Positions 36,797 to 45,440 of a DNA stretch of 51,226 nt are shown here, piece after piece. Made by a program: the position numbers and the translations under genes. The notes beneath the pieces were generated by a model. It saw only the letters and a program-made list of their open reading frames with translations. It did no database searches and had not been told where the DNA came from. Within the stretch, counting starts at the first letter, position 1. Every line of letters starts with the position of its first letter. Where the stretch lies: assembly GCA_964555255.1 (NCBI GenBank), contig CAZKRG010000001.1, positions 1 to 51,226 on the forward strand, written 5' to 3'. The DNA comes from an uncultured Candidatus Saccharibacteria bacterium. Its GTDB lineage: Bacteria > Patescibacteriota > Minisyncoccia > UBA6257 > 2-01-FULL-56-20.

Positions 36797-39046
36797 TTAC
36801 TTCTCTATACCTAGCGCATTAAGAATTGGCTTGAGGGAAGCGAAAGAGGGACTCGTGCGGAAATCAAAGTACCGACTCACTTCGAGAAGGTTCTCGCGAG
36901 CTCCCGCCATATCCCCCTTTATATATTTTGCAACCCCAAGTTTAGTCCGAGCTTCAAGATCAAAGGGATTTAAGGCAAGCGCTGCAGAATAAGCAGTGAT
37001 TGCCTCTTCTAAGTATCCCGAGTCTGCAAAAAAATTTCCTGCCACGCGGGCCTCGTTGTAGTTTTTCCAAGATCGCCCCAAGGCGAGGGACTTTTGAAGC
37101 TCGCGATACCCCGTATCATTATCCCCGAGCGCATAAGCAATAAGTCCATAGTAGAAATGAGCATCGGGCACCTGAGGATCCAGCGCAAGTGCTTTCTGGA
37201 GAAGCTTTAAAGCTGCTGGATTATCCCCCTCTAAAGATTTGGTCTTTGCAAGAGAGAAATAAACCTCCTGGCGGTTGGGGCTCAAGACCAATGCAGTAGC
37301 TGCCTCTTTTTCTGCAGCGGGAAGATAGCGCGAAGGGTCGATGTTCGACACTTGGTTATAAATATCCACAAGTGCATAATGGCCATATGCATCGAGAGGA
37401 TGCGCTCGAACGCTCGCCTCCATAGCACGCACCGCCTGCTTTGCTTCCTCGGCAGAAACTTTATCTGGATTATAAAAATACGCCTGTGCAACCGCGATTG
37501 CATAATCCCGTTCCATATTCCAGCGGTACGGACCCCACAGGGAAATTCCTTGCATAAAACTTTTGATGGCTTCCTCCGGCCGGTTATTCAAAAAATAATT
37601 AAACCCCCAGAATTGATAGGAGGAAGCAATAACCGATTGAATGTTGATAAAATAGACGAAGAACGCCGCAGGTAAAAATGCTGCAAGTGCGGCTCCAAGA
37701 GAAACGCGGGAACTCGGCAGAACACTTTTGCTCCCCGATACTTTCCCCTCCTTCTCCTCCGCATACGCCGCATCAACAAGTCCCATATATACTGCCCAGA
37801 GAAGTAAGGGCCCGATCGTTTCAAAAAGAAAAAGATTTTGTACCACATATGCCCCTGCTGCTGCGATCGCGAGATTCCCCCACAAACGATCCCGTATCCG
37901 TGAAGCCTCCCAATAGAACGCGGCGAACACGGCAATATACGCGAGCACAAGAGGCAAACCTCCTGCGTCCATATATTCGAGTATAAAATTGTGCGGTTTA
38001 TCGAATCTAGTTTCCTGATAATTCGCCTCGAGCGCCCGCGGATCATAAAATTTATTAAATATCACATTAAAGTTCTCCCACCCCCACCCCACAAGCGGTC
38101 GCTCTTTAAACCCTTTCCAACCCGCCTCAAGAGCAATGAGCCGAGGCGCCAAAGCATCACTCTGGAGGGAAAGCCCCTGGAACCTCCCAAGTCCTGGCAC
38201 TTCCTTCCATAAAAGATTCCCGCGCGTACCCCAGAAAAAAAGACCGAAAAGTACAAAACTTCCCAGCACAACAAGAACAACACGCCGAGTTTGCTGAGAG
38301 GTGCTCCACGCCAAAAGCCCAAGAAAAAGAAAAGCTCCTGCGGCCGCTCCGAGAAGCGCTCCCCGTGTCCCAGTGAGAAAAAGAACAATTCCATCCGCCA
38401 AAAAACAAACAGAGAGGAACCACGCGGCAAAAGAAGATGTGGTTCCCCGCCGTTCCATCCGCAAGCGATACCGGCGATACCAAAGATATCCTGCAAGAAA
38501 AATGCTAAAAATCAGATATCCCGCAAGAAACGAGGGGTTCCCAAAGGTACTCCCCGGCCGAAACTGGATACCCTCATTAGGAAGTAAGAGACGGGGAACA
38601 AAAAGCTGGAGAAACCCCAGAAGAGAAACGAGGAGCGAGGCCCCAAGCGAAACATACAACAAGCGCTCGACGCGGAGCTCACGTACCACAGAACGGAGAA
38701 CAAAAACGAGCGCGATGATATGGAGAAGCGTAAATACTCCCACCGCCCGCTCCTGTGTAGACCAGAAACTGCGCCACGGATCCACTCCGGTAAACACGGT
38801 GAGAAGAAGAATCCCTGCAAATAAGGAAAGTGCAATGATGAGCGGTGTTGAGCGCGGCCGGAATCGAGGCTCCCGCCACGCAAGGAGAACCCATGCCACA
38901 AAAAGGAGCTCCACAACAGCCTGGAAGAAAAAGGTTTTCGAAAGTCCATAGGGGTAGACCGTGCGGGAAAGATAAAAAAGCGGCGTGCCGGCAATAAGCA
39001 GGTAGAGGAGCCCCTGTACGATTCGGAATAAGGTTCGAGAAGACAT
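36797..39046 (-). CDS. O-antigen ligase-like (Wzy_C) polytopic membrane protein fused to C-terminal TPR repeats
   Basis: Start set at ATG 39046 (MSSRTLFRIV). About 12 TM segments with an LTGTRGALLG-type loop, then about 300 aa of TPR-like repeats (ALALNPFDLEARTKLGVAKY...). Confidence 0.7.
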   Translation of the reverse strand: MSSRTLFRIVQGLLYLLIAGTPLFYLSRTVYPYGLSKTFFFQAVVELLFVAWVLLAWREPRFRPRSTPLIIALSLFAGILLLTVFTGVDPWRSFWSTQERAVGVFTLLHIIALVFVLRSVVRELRVERLLYVSLGASLLVSLLGFLQLFVPRLLLPNEGIQFRPGSTFGNPSFLAGYLIFSIFLAGYLWYRRYRLRMERRGTTSSFAAWFLSVCFLADGIVLFLTGTRGALLGAAAGAFLFLGLLAWSTSQQTRRVVLVVLGSFVLFGLFFWGTRGNLLWKEVPGLGRFQGLSLQSDALAPRLIALEAGWKGFKERPLVGWGWENFNVIFNKFYDPRALEANYQETRFDKPHNFILEYMDAGGLPLVLAYIAVFAAFYWEASRIRDRLWGNLAIAAAGAYVVQNLFLFETIGPLLLWAVYMGLVDAAYAEEKEGKVSGSKSVLPSSRVSLGAALAAFLPAAFFVYFINIQSVIASSYQFWGFNYFLNNRPEEAIKSFMQGISLWGPYRWNMERDYAIAVAQAYFYNPDKVSAEEAKQAVRAMEASVRAHPLDAYGHYALVDIYNQVSNIDPSRYLPAAEKEAATALVLSPNRQEVYFSLAKTKSLEGDNPAALKLLQKALALDPQVPDAHFYYGLIAYALGDNDTGYRELQKSLALGRSWKNYNEARVAGNFFADSGYLEEAITAYSAALALNPFDLEARTKLGVAKYIKGDMAGARENLLEVSRYFDFRTSPSFASLKPILNALGIEK

Positions 39047-39184
39047 CGCGGGAAAATTATACGAATTAAAACGGCAAATGAATACCCCGCCCCGCATCCG
39101 CCAACTGGCGGAGCGGGGCGGGGTATTGCACATCCGGTTCAATCCTTTTCGCCGCGCGATCAGGATAACCGGTGCAGCCAATCA

Positions 39185-42100
39185 CTACGTACCTTGTGCG
39201 TAGGTAACGGAGTTGACGGTAATCGGCACGGCATTCGAAGGCAAGTTTACGTTGCTCTTCGCGGACGTGTCGAGTCCATCGGTGTAGGCGACATCCGTGT
39301 TGGCGTTGATCGTCGCCGTGAGTACTGCAGAGGTACCAGAACCAGCGGCAAAAGTCTTCGTGGAATCTGTCCGCACCTTGAAGGTGTAGGATTGACCCGC
39401 GCTGATTTGCCAACCGCCGGTCGTCGCCCCCAAACTCCACGTCTTCGAACAGGTTCCAGTGCCGTTACAGGTACCAGCAGTGGACGAAGCCACGCCGGAA
39501 GTCTGCATGACCGAGTTCCCATTCTGATCGAGGAGGTCTACCCCGCCCATGAAGGTCGAGATAGAAGGCGCAGTTCCACCGAAGGTTACGGTAACCGTGT
39601 TCAAAGACACCACTCCTGCGCTGTTTGCAGTAAAGGTGATCGTGCCAAGGTCATCCGTCGCCGACTTCGCCCGTCCCGTCGCTGAACCCAATCCTGCTGC
39701 CGAGGCCGTAAGCACTGTCCGTAAGGTGGTCAGTGTGTTGCCGTTCGGAGAGGAGAGAGAAACCGAAGAAGAGTTGTTCGAAGTCGAACCCAATGCAGTT
39801 ACAATGCCCCCCGTTGTGCTAAGTCCGGTGTCCGTCGAAGTCGCGATCTTGAAAATACTGGTTGTGTTATCCGAAGCCCCCGAAGAAGCGTAGGACGACA
39901 CATTCCCCTTCAAGACAAGAGTAACCGAATTCGACTGGGGCACTACGATCGGCGTCCCAAAGTGGAACGCGTAGTAATAACCCATACCAGGAGTAGAAGT
40001 AGCGACCGAAGTATTCGCCGATCCTGCCGAAGCAAGCGGAGTCGAGAGGTCACTTGCACTGTAGAGCGTGAGACCCGAGAACCCAGCTTTGGTCGTCGTG
40101 GTAGAAGCCACCTGTTGGAAGATATCCAAGTCAGTGATTTTCACGTCTTCAATATTCGTTGTCTCCGTAAGCCGGTAGGCCGCGAGCGTTACACCGCTCG
40201 ATCCCATCACAATCTGCCCAGCTGCGGGAGCAAGAGCAGAATCAAGCGCTACGGTAACCGTAGACTGCCCGGCGACAGACACACTCTGCCCGTTGGTGCC
40301 GCTGCAGCTTACTGCCGCGTATGACAAGGCTCCGGATCCGGAACACCCGTCGACACGCGTAATTGTAGCATCAGTCCCAACACTCGCTCCGGAGAGCACA
40401 TCCACGTAGACATCGACGTAGGTCGTCCCTCCCGCCGGCACCGTAAACGGAGTGCCAGAGAACGAGTACGAACCGCTGTTCGCAAGCGTCGCTTGCGTGG
40501 AACCGAATTGGCTCGACCCGATCTTCACCTTCAAGTTCTGGAAATCCGCGCCGTTCGCACCCATCTTCACCGTCACGTTCGAAATGGTCACGCCTTCCGC
40601 CGAAGAAGCAGTAAATGCGTAGGAACCAATCTTCACGTTCGCGGCTCCCTTAGACACAGTAACGGTACCTACTCCAGTGTTCTGCGCCACGGTAAGCGAG
40701 TTCGAAGCGAGCGTAAGCGCGCTGCCCGACGCCGCTCCTGTAGACGCGGTATTCGCCGAAATCAATCCTTGCACGTTCGAGGATCCCGTCACGAGCGCGG
40801 CCTTGACTGTCGAGAAATCAGTCCCCGCGTACGACTGGACATCGCCCTTCAAGGAAAGCACCCGAGTGGTGTTCGCCGGGATGATGTAGTTGATGGGGGA
40901 TCCGGAAGAACCGAAACAGTCGGTCGCCGTAGAAGTGGCTGCCGAGTAGTTCTGGTCGGTACATGTGGCCGACGTCGCAAGCGACGAAATCGTCGATCCC
41001 ACCTGTCCGCCTGCATCGTCATCCAAGTGCACGTTCTTTATATACGTGTCCAAGGTGGATGTAGAGGAAACACCGCCCGTGAAGGCGAGGGTGAAGGTAA
41101 GCCATTTTACCTTAACCGGTTCACCCGACGCGAGCACATCGAATCTCGCGAGGGTTACATTCGTCTGCCCCTTGGCAATGTTGCCCGTGGGGGTGTTGGA
41201 ATCCGCAGTGACTGTCACCGTTCCTGCGTTGATCGAAACCTTAGTACCAGTGTTCGAAGATGCAGTAACCGGCACATTATACTGTGAATCCACTGCCAGC
41301 ACATCGTAGGCGTTCAAGATCTCAAACTGGAAGTCGTAGTTCGGAGAACCCATCACGTCTGCATAGAGCTGAATATTGTTCGCCCCCGTGTTGATAGTCG
41401 CCGGAGCCGCTGAGAGATCGAAGTAGGCGGTCCCGTCCGCCGCTACCGACGGAAGAGTCTGCCCCACCTGCGATCCATTCACATAGAGCTTCACATTCTG
41501 GAGATCGGATTTGTTCGCTGATCCGATTACCTTGAAGTTGATGCCCTTGAGCCAAATTTTGCTGTTAGACCCCGTGAAGCTCCAAGCTCCCGTGATGACG
41601 TTCGTGGAACCGGCATACACCGTAGTCCCGATAGAGCTGGACGCGATTGTAAGAGACGCGATCGAAGGATTCGATACGGACGTCACCGTGAACGTATTTC
41701 CGTTCAAGGGAAATACTCCCGACGGACTCACTACTGTTCCCGTCGCATCAATTGCGGTTACATCAGACGCCATCGTCATCGCAAACCCCACTGTGTTGCC
41801 CGCAGACAAATTCTGCGCCGGATCGATCGCGAGGGTAATATTCTTAGTTTGCCCCGCCGCAATATTGATTGCGAGTCCAGGGAAGGAAATCACCCCATTA
41901 GAAATCGAGGTGTATTGTGCCAAAACCTTCCCGGACGGATCGACAATGTAAGCACCAGAAATGGAGCTATCCGAAAGCACCCCTGTCTTGCGGAATTTGA
42001 CTCCCGTAACAGTGACCCCGCTTCCCACCCCCGCCGTGAGAGCTACAGTGAGCACGGGTACACGTGCCGCCGCGCTCGACGCGGATGAGATCAAGGATCC

Positions 42101-42649
42101 CGCTGCTGGGTTCGAGCTCGACAAACTTACTGCGAGTCCCGATGCCGGAGCCGGAGTTCCGCCCGTTGGGGGAGGAGTGGTTCCGCCCGTTGGGGGAGGA
42201 AGTACAACTGCCATCGCTGCTACTGCGGCGCGGGTTTTAGAACCAAAAAACCCCGCTACGGGCGTAATGCCCTTTGCGGTTTGGAATTTCTTCACTGCCG
42301 CTTTCGTGGCAGGTCCAAAATATGTAGATTCACGTCCAGGAGACCCAGCGCCAGTCGACGCAACCGTGTATCCGTTCGCATTCAACCACTGCTGAAGTGC
42401 CTTCACGTCCGCGCCAGTACTTCCCACGGTGAGGTCGCGGGTAAAGGTATAGGCGGGAGACACTGAGGCCCCCGAAGTGTTGAGCTGGGATTGAAGTTGC
42501 GCGATTTGTGCCATAAGCTGCGCAATCTGCGCCTGAATATCGGAAGATTGAGCGCTCGCTACCGGCACGAAGAGAAACGCTCCCGACGCAGATACTGCAA
42601 CCGTCGCCGTGAGCGCAATCGAAAGAAACTTCTTGCCGAATATACTCAT
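39185..42649 (-). CDS. Large secreted surface protein: signal peptide, PG_binding_1 domain, Pro-rich linker, long Ser/Thr/Gly/Ala-rich beta-repeat region
   Basis: 1154 aa. Signal MSIFGKKFLSIALTATVAVSASGAFLFVPVASA, coiled-coil QAQIAQLMAQIAQLQ, PG-binding LTVGSTGADVKALQQWLNANGY...KKFQTAKGI, and PPPTGGTTPPPTGGTP encoded by a 21-nt direct repeat. Confidence 0.8.
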   Translation of the reverse strand: MSIFGKKFLSIALTATVAVSASGAFLFVPVASAQSSDIQAQIAQLMAQIAQLQSQLNTSGASVSPAYTFTRDLTVGSTGADVKALQQWLNANGYTVASTGAGSPGRESTYFGPATKAAVKKFQTAKGITPVAGFFGSKTRAAVAAMAVVLPPPTGGTTPPPTGGTPAPASGLAVSLSSSNPAAGSLISSASSAAARVPVLTVALTAGVGSGVTVTGVKFRKTGVLSDSSISGAYIVDPSGKVLAQYTSISNGVISFPGLAINIAAGQTKNITLAIDPAQNLSAGNTVGFAMTMASDVTAIDATGTVVSPSGVFPLNGNTFTVTSVSNPSIASLTIASSSIGTTVYAGSTNVITGAWSFTGSNSKIWLKGINFKVIGSANKSDLQNVKLYVNGSQVGQTLPSVAADGTAYFDLSAAPATINTGANNIQLYADVMGSPNYDFQFEILNAYDVLAVDSQYNVPVTASSNTGTKVSINAGTVTVTADSNTPTGNIAKGQTNVTLARFDVLASGEPVKVKWLTFTLAFTGGVSSTSTLDTYIKNVHLDDDAGGQVGSTISSLATSATCTDQNYSAATSTATDCFGSSGSPINYIIPANTTRVLSLKGDVQSYAGTDFSTVKAALVTGSSNVQGLISANTASTGAASGSALTLASNSLTVAQNTGVGTVTVSKGAANVKIGSYAFTASSAEGVTISNVTVKMGANGADFQNLKVKIGSSQFGSTQATLANSGSYSFSGTPFTVPAGGTTYVDVYVDVLSGASVGTDATITRVDGCSGSGALSYAAVSCSGTNGQSVSVAGQSTVTVALDSALAPAAGQIVMGSSGVTLAAYRLTETTNIEDVKITDLDIFQQVASTTTTKAGFSGLTLYSASDLSTPLASAGSANTSVATSTPGMGYYYAFHFGTPIVVPQSNSVTLVLKGNVSSYASSGASDNTTSIFKIATSTDTGLSTTGGIVTALGSTSNNSSSVSLSSPNGNTLTTLRTVLTASAAGLGSATGRAKSATDDLGTITFTANSAGVVSLNTVTVTFGGTAPSISTFMGGVDLLDQNGNSVMQTSGVASSTAGTCNGTGTCSKTWSLGATTGGWQISAGQSYTFKVRTDSTKTFAAGSGTSAVLTATINANTDVAYTDGLDTSAKSNVNLPSNAVPITVNSVTYAQGT

Positions 42650-42849
42650 TATTGATTAATTAACATTATTTCGACTTACTTTTTCGTGTTATCGACCTTG
42701 TGCTAATGATTATTGATCATCCGCCAAATGGCGAAATCAACAACATTAACATGGCCGTCGACCTTTCAGATCAGAAGTCCTCCTCAAACCAATTCGACCC
42801 TCTCCATCTTGTGAGGATGGGTGAAGAGGAATGGCAAGAGAAGAACCGT

Positions 42850-42879
42850 AAATAACAAAAACTCGCTTGTAAAAGCGAG
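42850..42879 (-). terminator. Intrinsic terminator inside the long region upstream of the 1154-aa gene
   Basis: On the minus strand: CTCGCT-TTTACA-AGCGAG followed by TTTTTGTTATTT. Confidence 0.55.
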
Positions 42880-43038
42880 ACTGAACATTCGCAAAAGCTG
42901 AAAAAAGTTGGAAGAGCGAAAGAAACAGAGAACATTCCCTATTTCTTTTTACCCCCTTACAACCTTCTCGCCTATGCTGCTGGTTCAGCCTCACGTCCAC
43001 ATCTCCCCTAAAGGAGCAGGACCTGAACCGCACACAAC
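42852..43038 (-). ncRNA. Candidate ~185-nt sRNA, or a terminator-controlled 5' leader
   Basis: Bounded by the promoter and terminator above. Nested stems GGTTCAG/CTGAACC, GTCC/GGAC and CTCC/GGAG. The only overlapping ORF (98 aa) has no protein-like features. Confidence 0.35.
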
Positions 43039-43044
43039 GCACTT

Positions 43045-43073
43045 ACTATACCACAGTTCCTGTATCAAGCCAA
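43045..43073 (-). promoter_or_regulatory. Sigma70-like promoter with extended -10
   Basis: On the minus strand: TTGGCT, 17 nt, (TGg)TATAGT. Lies about 40 nt downstream of the upstream gene stop. Confidence 0.5.
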
Positions 43074-43115
43074 GAACCACGGCTATTGAATAAAACGAGC
43101 TCTCCTTCATAAAAG

Positions 43116-43847
43116 TTACTGATTCCCAAGAACAGAGGGGCTCCCTTGACTAGAAGGACTAGAAGGATAAGAAGTCACAATCTTAGGTTTATAAAATGTG
43201 CCCGGGCCCCCTTCTCCCACCCGTTCGATCACCCCACGTTCCACCAAAGATTGAAGATCATACCTCAAAGTTCGCTCACTCGTGGAAGAAAATTTATCCA
43301 GCAAATCTTTCATACGGCAAATGCCGGATTTATTAATTAAAGCGAGTATTGCCGATTGTCTATCTGCGGAAGATTGCCTATCATCCTGCGAAACTTCCTT
43401 ATGCTTTTCTTGAACAGCATAGCCAGAATTTCCTCTCTTTTTCCCTTCTCCATATTCTAAAGTTGGCCAGGGGGAGAAGGAAGCATCGAAATTAACCCTA
43501 GTAGAAAGATTCATATTTTCCAAAGAAAGCAAGAATGAATCGAACCGAGAAATTTCTTGCAAAATCAAATCGGCATTCATTTTGTGAAGAATAGAAGCAT
43601 CCGAACCAATCCGAACATAGTTTTTTGCCAAGTTAAGAAAATTCCTGATACCGGCAACGTCCAAATTAGTTGCTGATTCAATAATTGAAAAGGCACACCC
43701 CTCCAACCGAAACGACAAAGAAGAATTGGTCTTTGAGGAGACTCTGCAAAGGGCGTAACTTATTTCATAAGATTTCTTGCTTATGAACTTTGATGCCTCT
43801 TCTTCCCGCATATTGCCGAATATATTCCCTAGCATCCCTCTTGTCAA
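43116..43847 (-). CDS. Winged-helix (DeoR-type HTH) domain protein with a helical N-terminal domain
   Basis: 243 aa. C-terminal RQSAILALINKSGICRMKDLLDKFSSTSERTLRYDLQSLVERGVIERVG is a DeoR-like HTH. Confidence 0.55.
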   Translation of the reverse strand: MTRGMLGNIFGNMREEEASKFISKKSYEISYALCRVSSKTNSSLSFRLEGCAFSIIESATNLDVAGIRNFLNLAKNYVRIGSDASILHKMNADLILQEISRFDSFLLSLENMNLSTRVNFDASFSPWPTLEYGEGKKRGNSGYAVQEKHKEVSQDDRQSSADRQSAILALINKSGICRMKDLLDKFSSTSERTLRYDLQSLVERGVIERVGEGGPGTFYKPKIVTSYPSSPSSQGSPSVLGNQ

Positions 43848-43882
43848 CCAAATGCCAAAACAACTATTCTCCTCATCTCCCC

Positions 43883-44644
43883 CTAATACAATTCTTTTTG
43901 CCTCAATGGCTGAAAAATCCTGTCGGCTTTTTCAAGGGTTTCTTTAGACCCAATATCATACCATTCCCCCGGCACCTTCCATGTATACACAGATACCTGA
44001 GGATAAAGCCACTGAATAAGTCTGCCGGGTTGGTCTGGGCTGTTTCCCAAGGCCACGTACTGTCGGATCAAATGGAGCACCTCTCGAGGATAAAAATAAA
44101 GTGCAATTCCAATAAGAGTAGAGGAAGGATGTGAAGGCTTCTCTTCAAAACGAACGATCATTCCTTGGGAATTGATCTCCACTACTCCAAACTTCTTTGC
44201 CTCCTCGAGGGTCCCCACGTCGTAGATGCCAAGCACGGGAGTCCGTTGGGCTAGTACAAAGGAAAAAAAATCCTCTATAGGATTGGTAAATAAATTGTCT
44301 CCCGCAACGATAATAAGGTCATCCTCAATATATTGAGACTCCAAAGCAAAAAGGATATCTCCAATTGCCCCCCGCTTCCCCGCCTCTTCAAGAGAACCAT
44401 CGTTGATAACGGAGAGAGGGGGAAGAGAGGGGGAAATACGGGCACGTGCCCACGTAGAGAAATGAGAAAAAAATTTTGCATTAGAAATCACAATGATCTC
44501 GTCCACCTCTCGCATCGCTCCAAATGCACGAAGGGTATAGTCAATCATCGGCCTTCCCCCCACAGGAAGAAGGGGTTTTGGTTGAGTAAGTGTGAGCGGA
44601 TAAAGACGGGTAGCATATCCTGCAGCTAAAATGAGTAATTTCAT
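43883..44644 (-). CDS. Sugar-phosphate nucleotidyltransferase (glucose-1-phosphate thymidylyl/uridylyltransferase-like)
   Basis: Start at ATG 44644: MKLLILAAGYATRLYPLTLTQPKPLLPVGGRPMIDY is the canonical NTP-transferase N-terminus. Confidence 0.8.
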   Translation of the reverse strand: MKLLILAAGYATRLYPLTLTQPKPLLPVGGRPMIDYTLRAFGAMREVDEIIVISNAKFFSHFSTWARARISPSLPPLSVINDGSLEEAGKRGAIGDILFALESQYIEDDLIIVAGDNLFTNPIEDFFSFVLAQRTPVLGIYDVGTLEEAKKFGVVEINSQGMIVRFEEKPSHPSSTLIGIALYFYPREVLHLIRQYVALGNSPDQPGRLIQWLYPQVSVYTWKVPGEWYDIGSKETLEKADRIFQPLRQKELY

Positions 44645-44711
44645 GGAAAAACAGTTTAATATATAAGAATAATTCTTCAGAGTAGGTGAGAAAATTGTGA
44701 AAAGCAAGTGG

Positions 44712-45440
44712 CTACAATGTCCAACTGGAGGTAATAAGAATAAGCAAGATCCCTAAGAGAAACGCCCCAACATAACGCCCAAACAACCGAGGTGGAACCA
44801 TAGCTCTTTTATAAGGGGTGAGCAGAAAAAAAGCTGCTGCTCCTGCAAAAAGAGCCCCTGCCCGAGGAATAGGATCAAGTGCCAAACCGCCAAGCACTAC
44901 TCCATATTCCCAAAAAAGAAGTGCGGGAATCACACTCGCTATAAACCGTTGCCGGGGCAAAGAGGAAAGAACACCTTGCGCTCCTTGAGACTGCTCTGCA
45001 TACCGAAATGCACTTTCCCGAAGTGCAAAAAAGAATATCCCTGCAAAAAAGAAAAGGAATGGCAAATCTATCTGCGAAATTTCTTGTATAAAATAAGCGA
45101 GATAAAAAACTCCAAAAAAAAGAACGAGAAGAGAGAGAATTTCATAGATATGAGTACGCTGCACAAAAAGAAGTTCCTTGACTCCTAGAATAAGGAAAAA
45201 GATAAGGGCTATCCCGAGTGCTCCCCACCATCCCGGCGGACTCACAAACCCCAATCCAAGTAAAAAAAGAAAGGGAACGAGGAATGCTCGCACTTCAAAA
45301 AAAGGCACCCAATAAAAATAGTTTACCACGAGGAAGAAAACCCAAAACGGGAACCACCACCACGTGAGTGCGGCAAGCCCCGCTCTACACACCAACCACC
45401 AGGGAATTTGACTTAAAGTGGACTTTAACTTTATCTCCAT
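44712..45440 (-). CDS. Polytopic membrane protein, unknown function (start uncertain)
   Basis: Hydrophobic ORF. Every ATG start overlaps the clpB 3' end by at least 56 nt. Alternative TTG/GVG-type starts (TTG 45395, GTG 45392) would reduce the overlap to about 10 nt. Confidence 0.45.
   Translation of the reverse strand: MEIKLKSTLSQIPWWLVCRAGLAALTWWWFPFWVFFLVVNYFYWVPFFEVRAFLVPFLFLLGLGFVSPPGWWGALGIALIFFLILGVKELLFVQRTHIYEILSLLVLFFGVFYLAYFIQEISQIDLPFLFFFAGIFFFALRESAFRYAEQSQGAQGVLSSLPRQRFIASVIPALLFWEYGVVLGGLALDPIPRAGALFAGAAAFFLLTPYKRAMVPPRLFGRYVGAFLLGILLILITSSWTL

Noticed and set aside
39066-42466. Numerous 60-260-aa ORFs on both strands inside the 1154-aa surface-protein gene (for example 40493-41287 +)
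   Set aside because: The region is GC-rich and repetitive, so alternative frames stay open. Their translations are Arg-rich nonsense, while the minus-strand frame has a signal peptide and a PG-binding domain.
42746-43042. 98-aa minus-strand ORF in the long leader upstream of the surface-protein gene
   Set aside because: It would start inside the predicted promoter and reads through an intrinsic terminator hairpin. The sequence is Arg/Ser/Cys-rich with no RBS. The non-coding interpretation is preferred.
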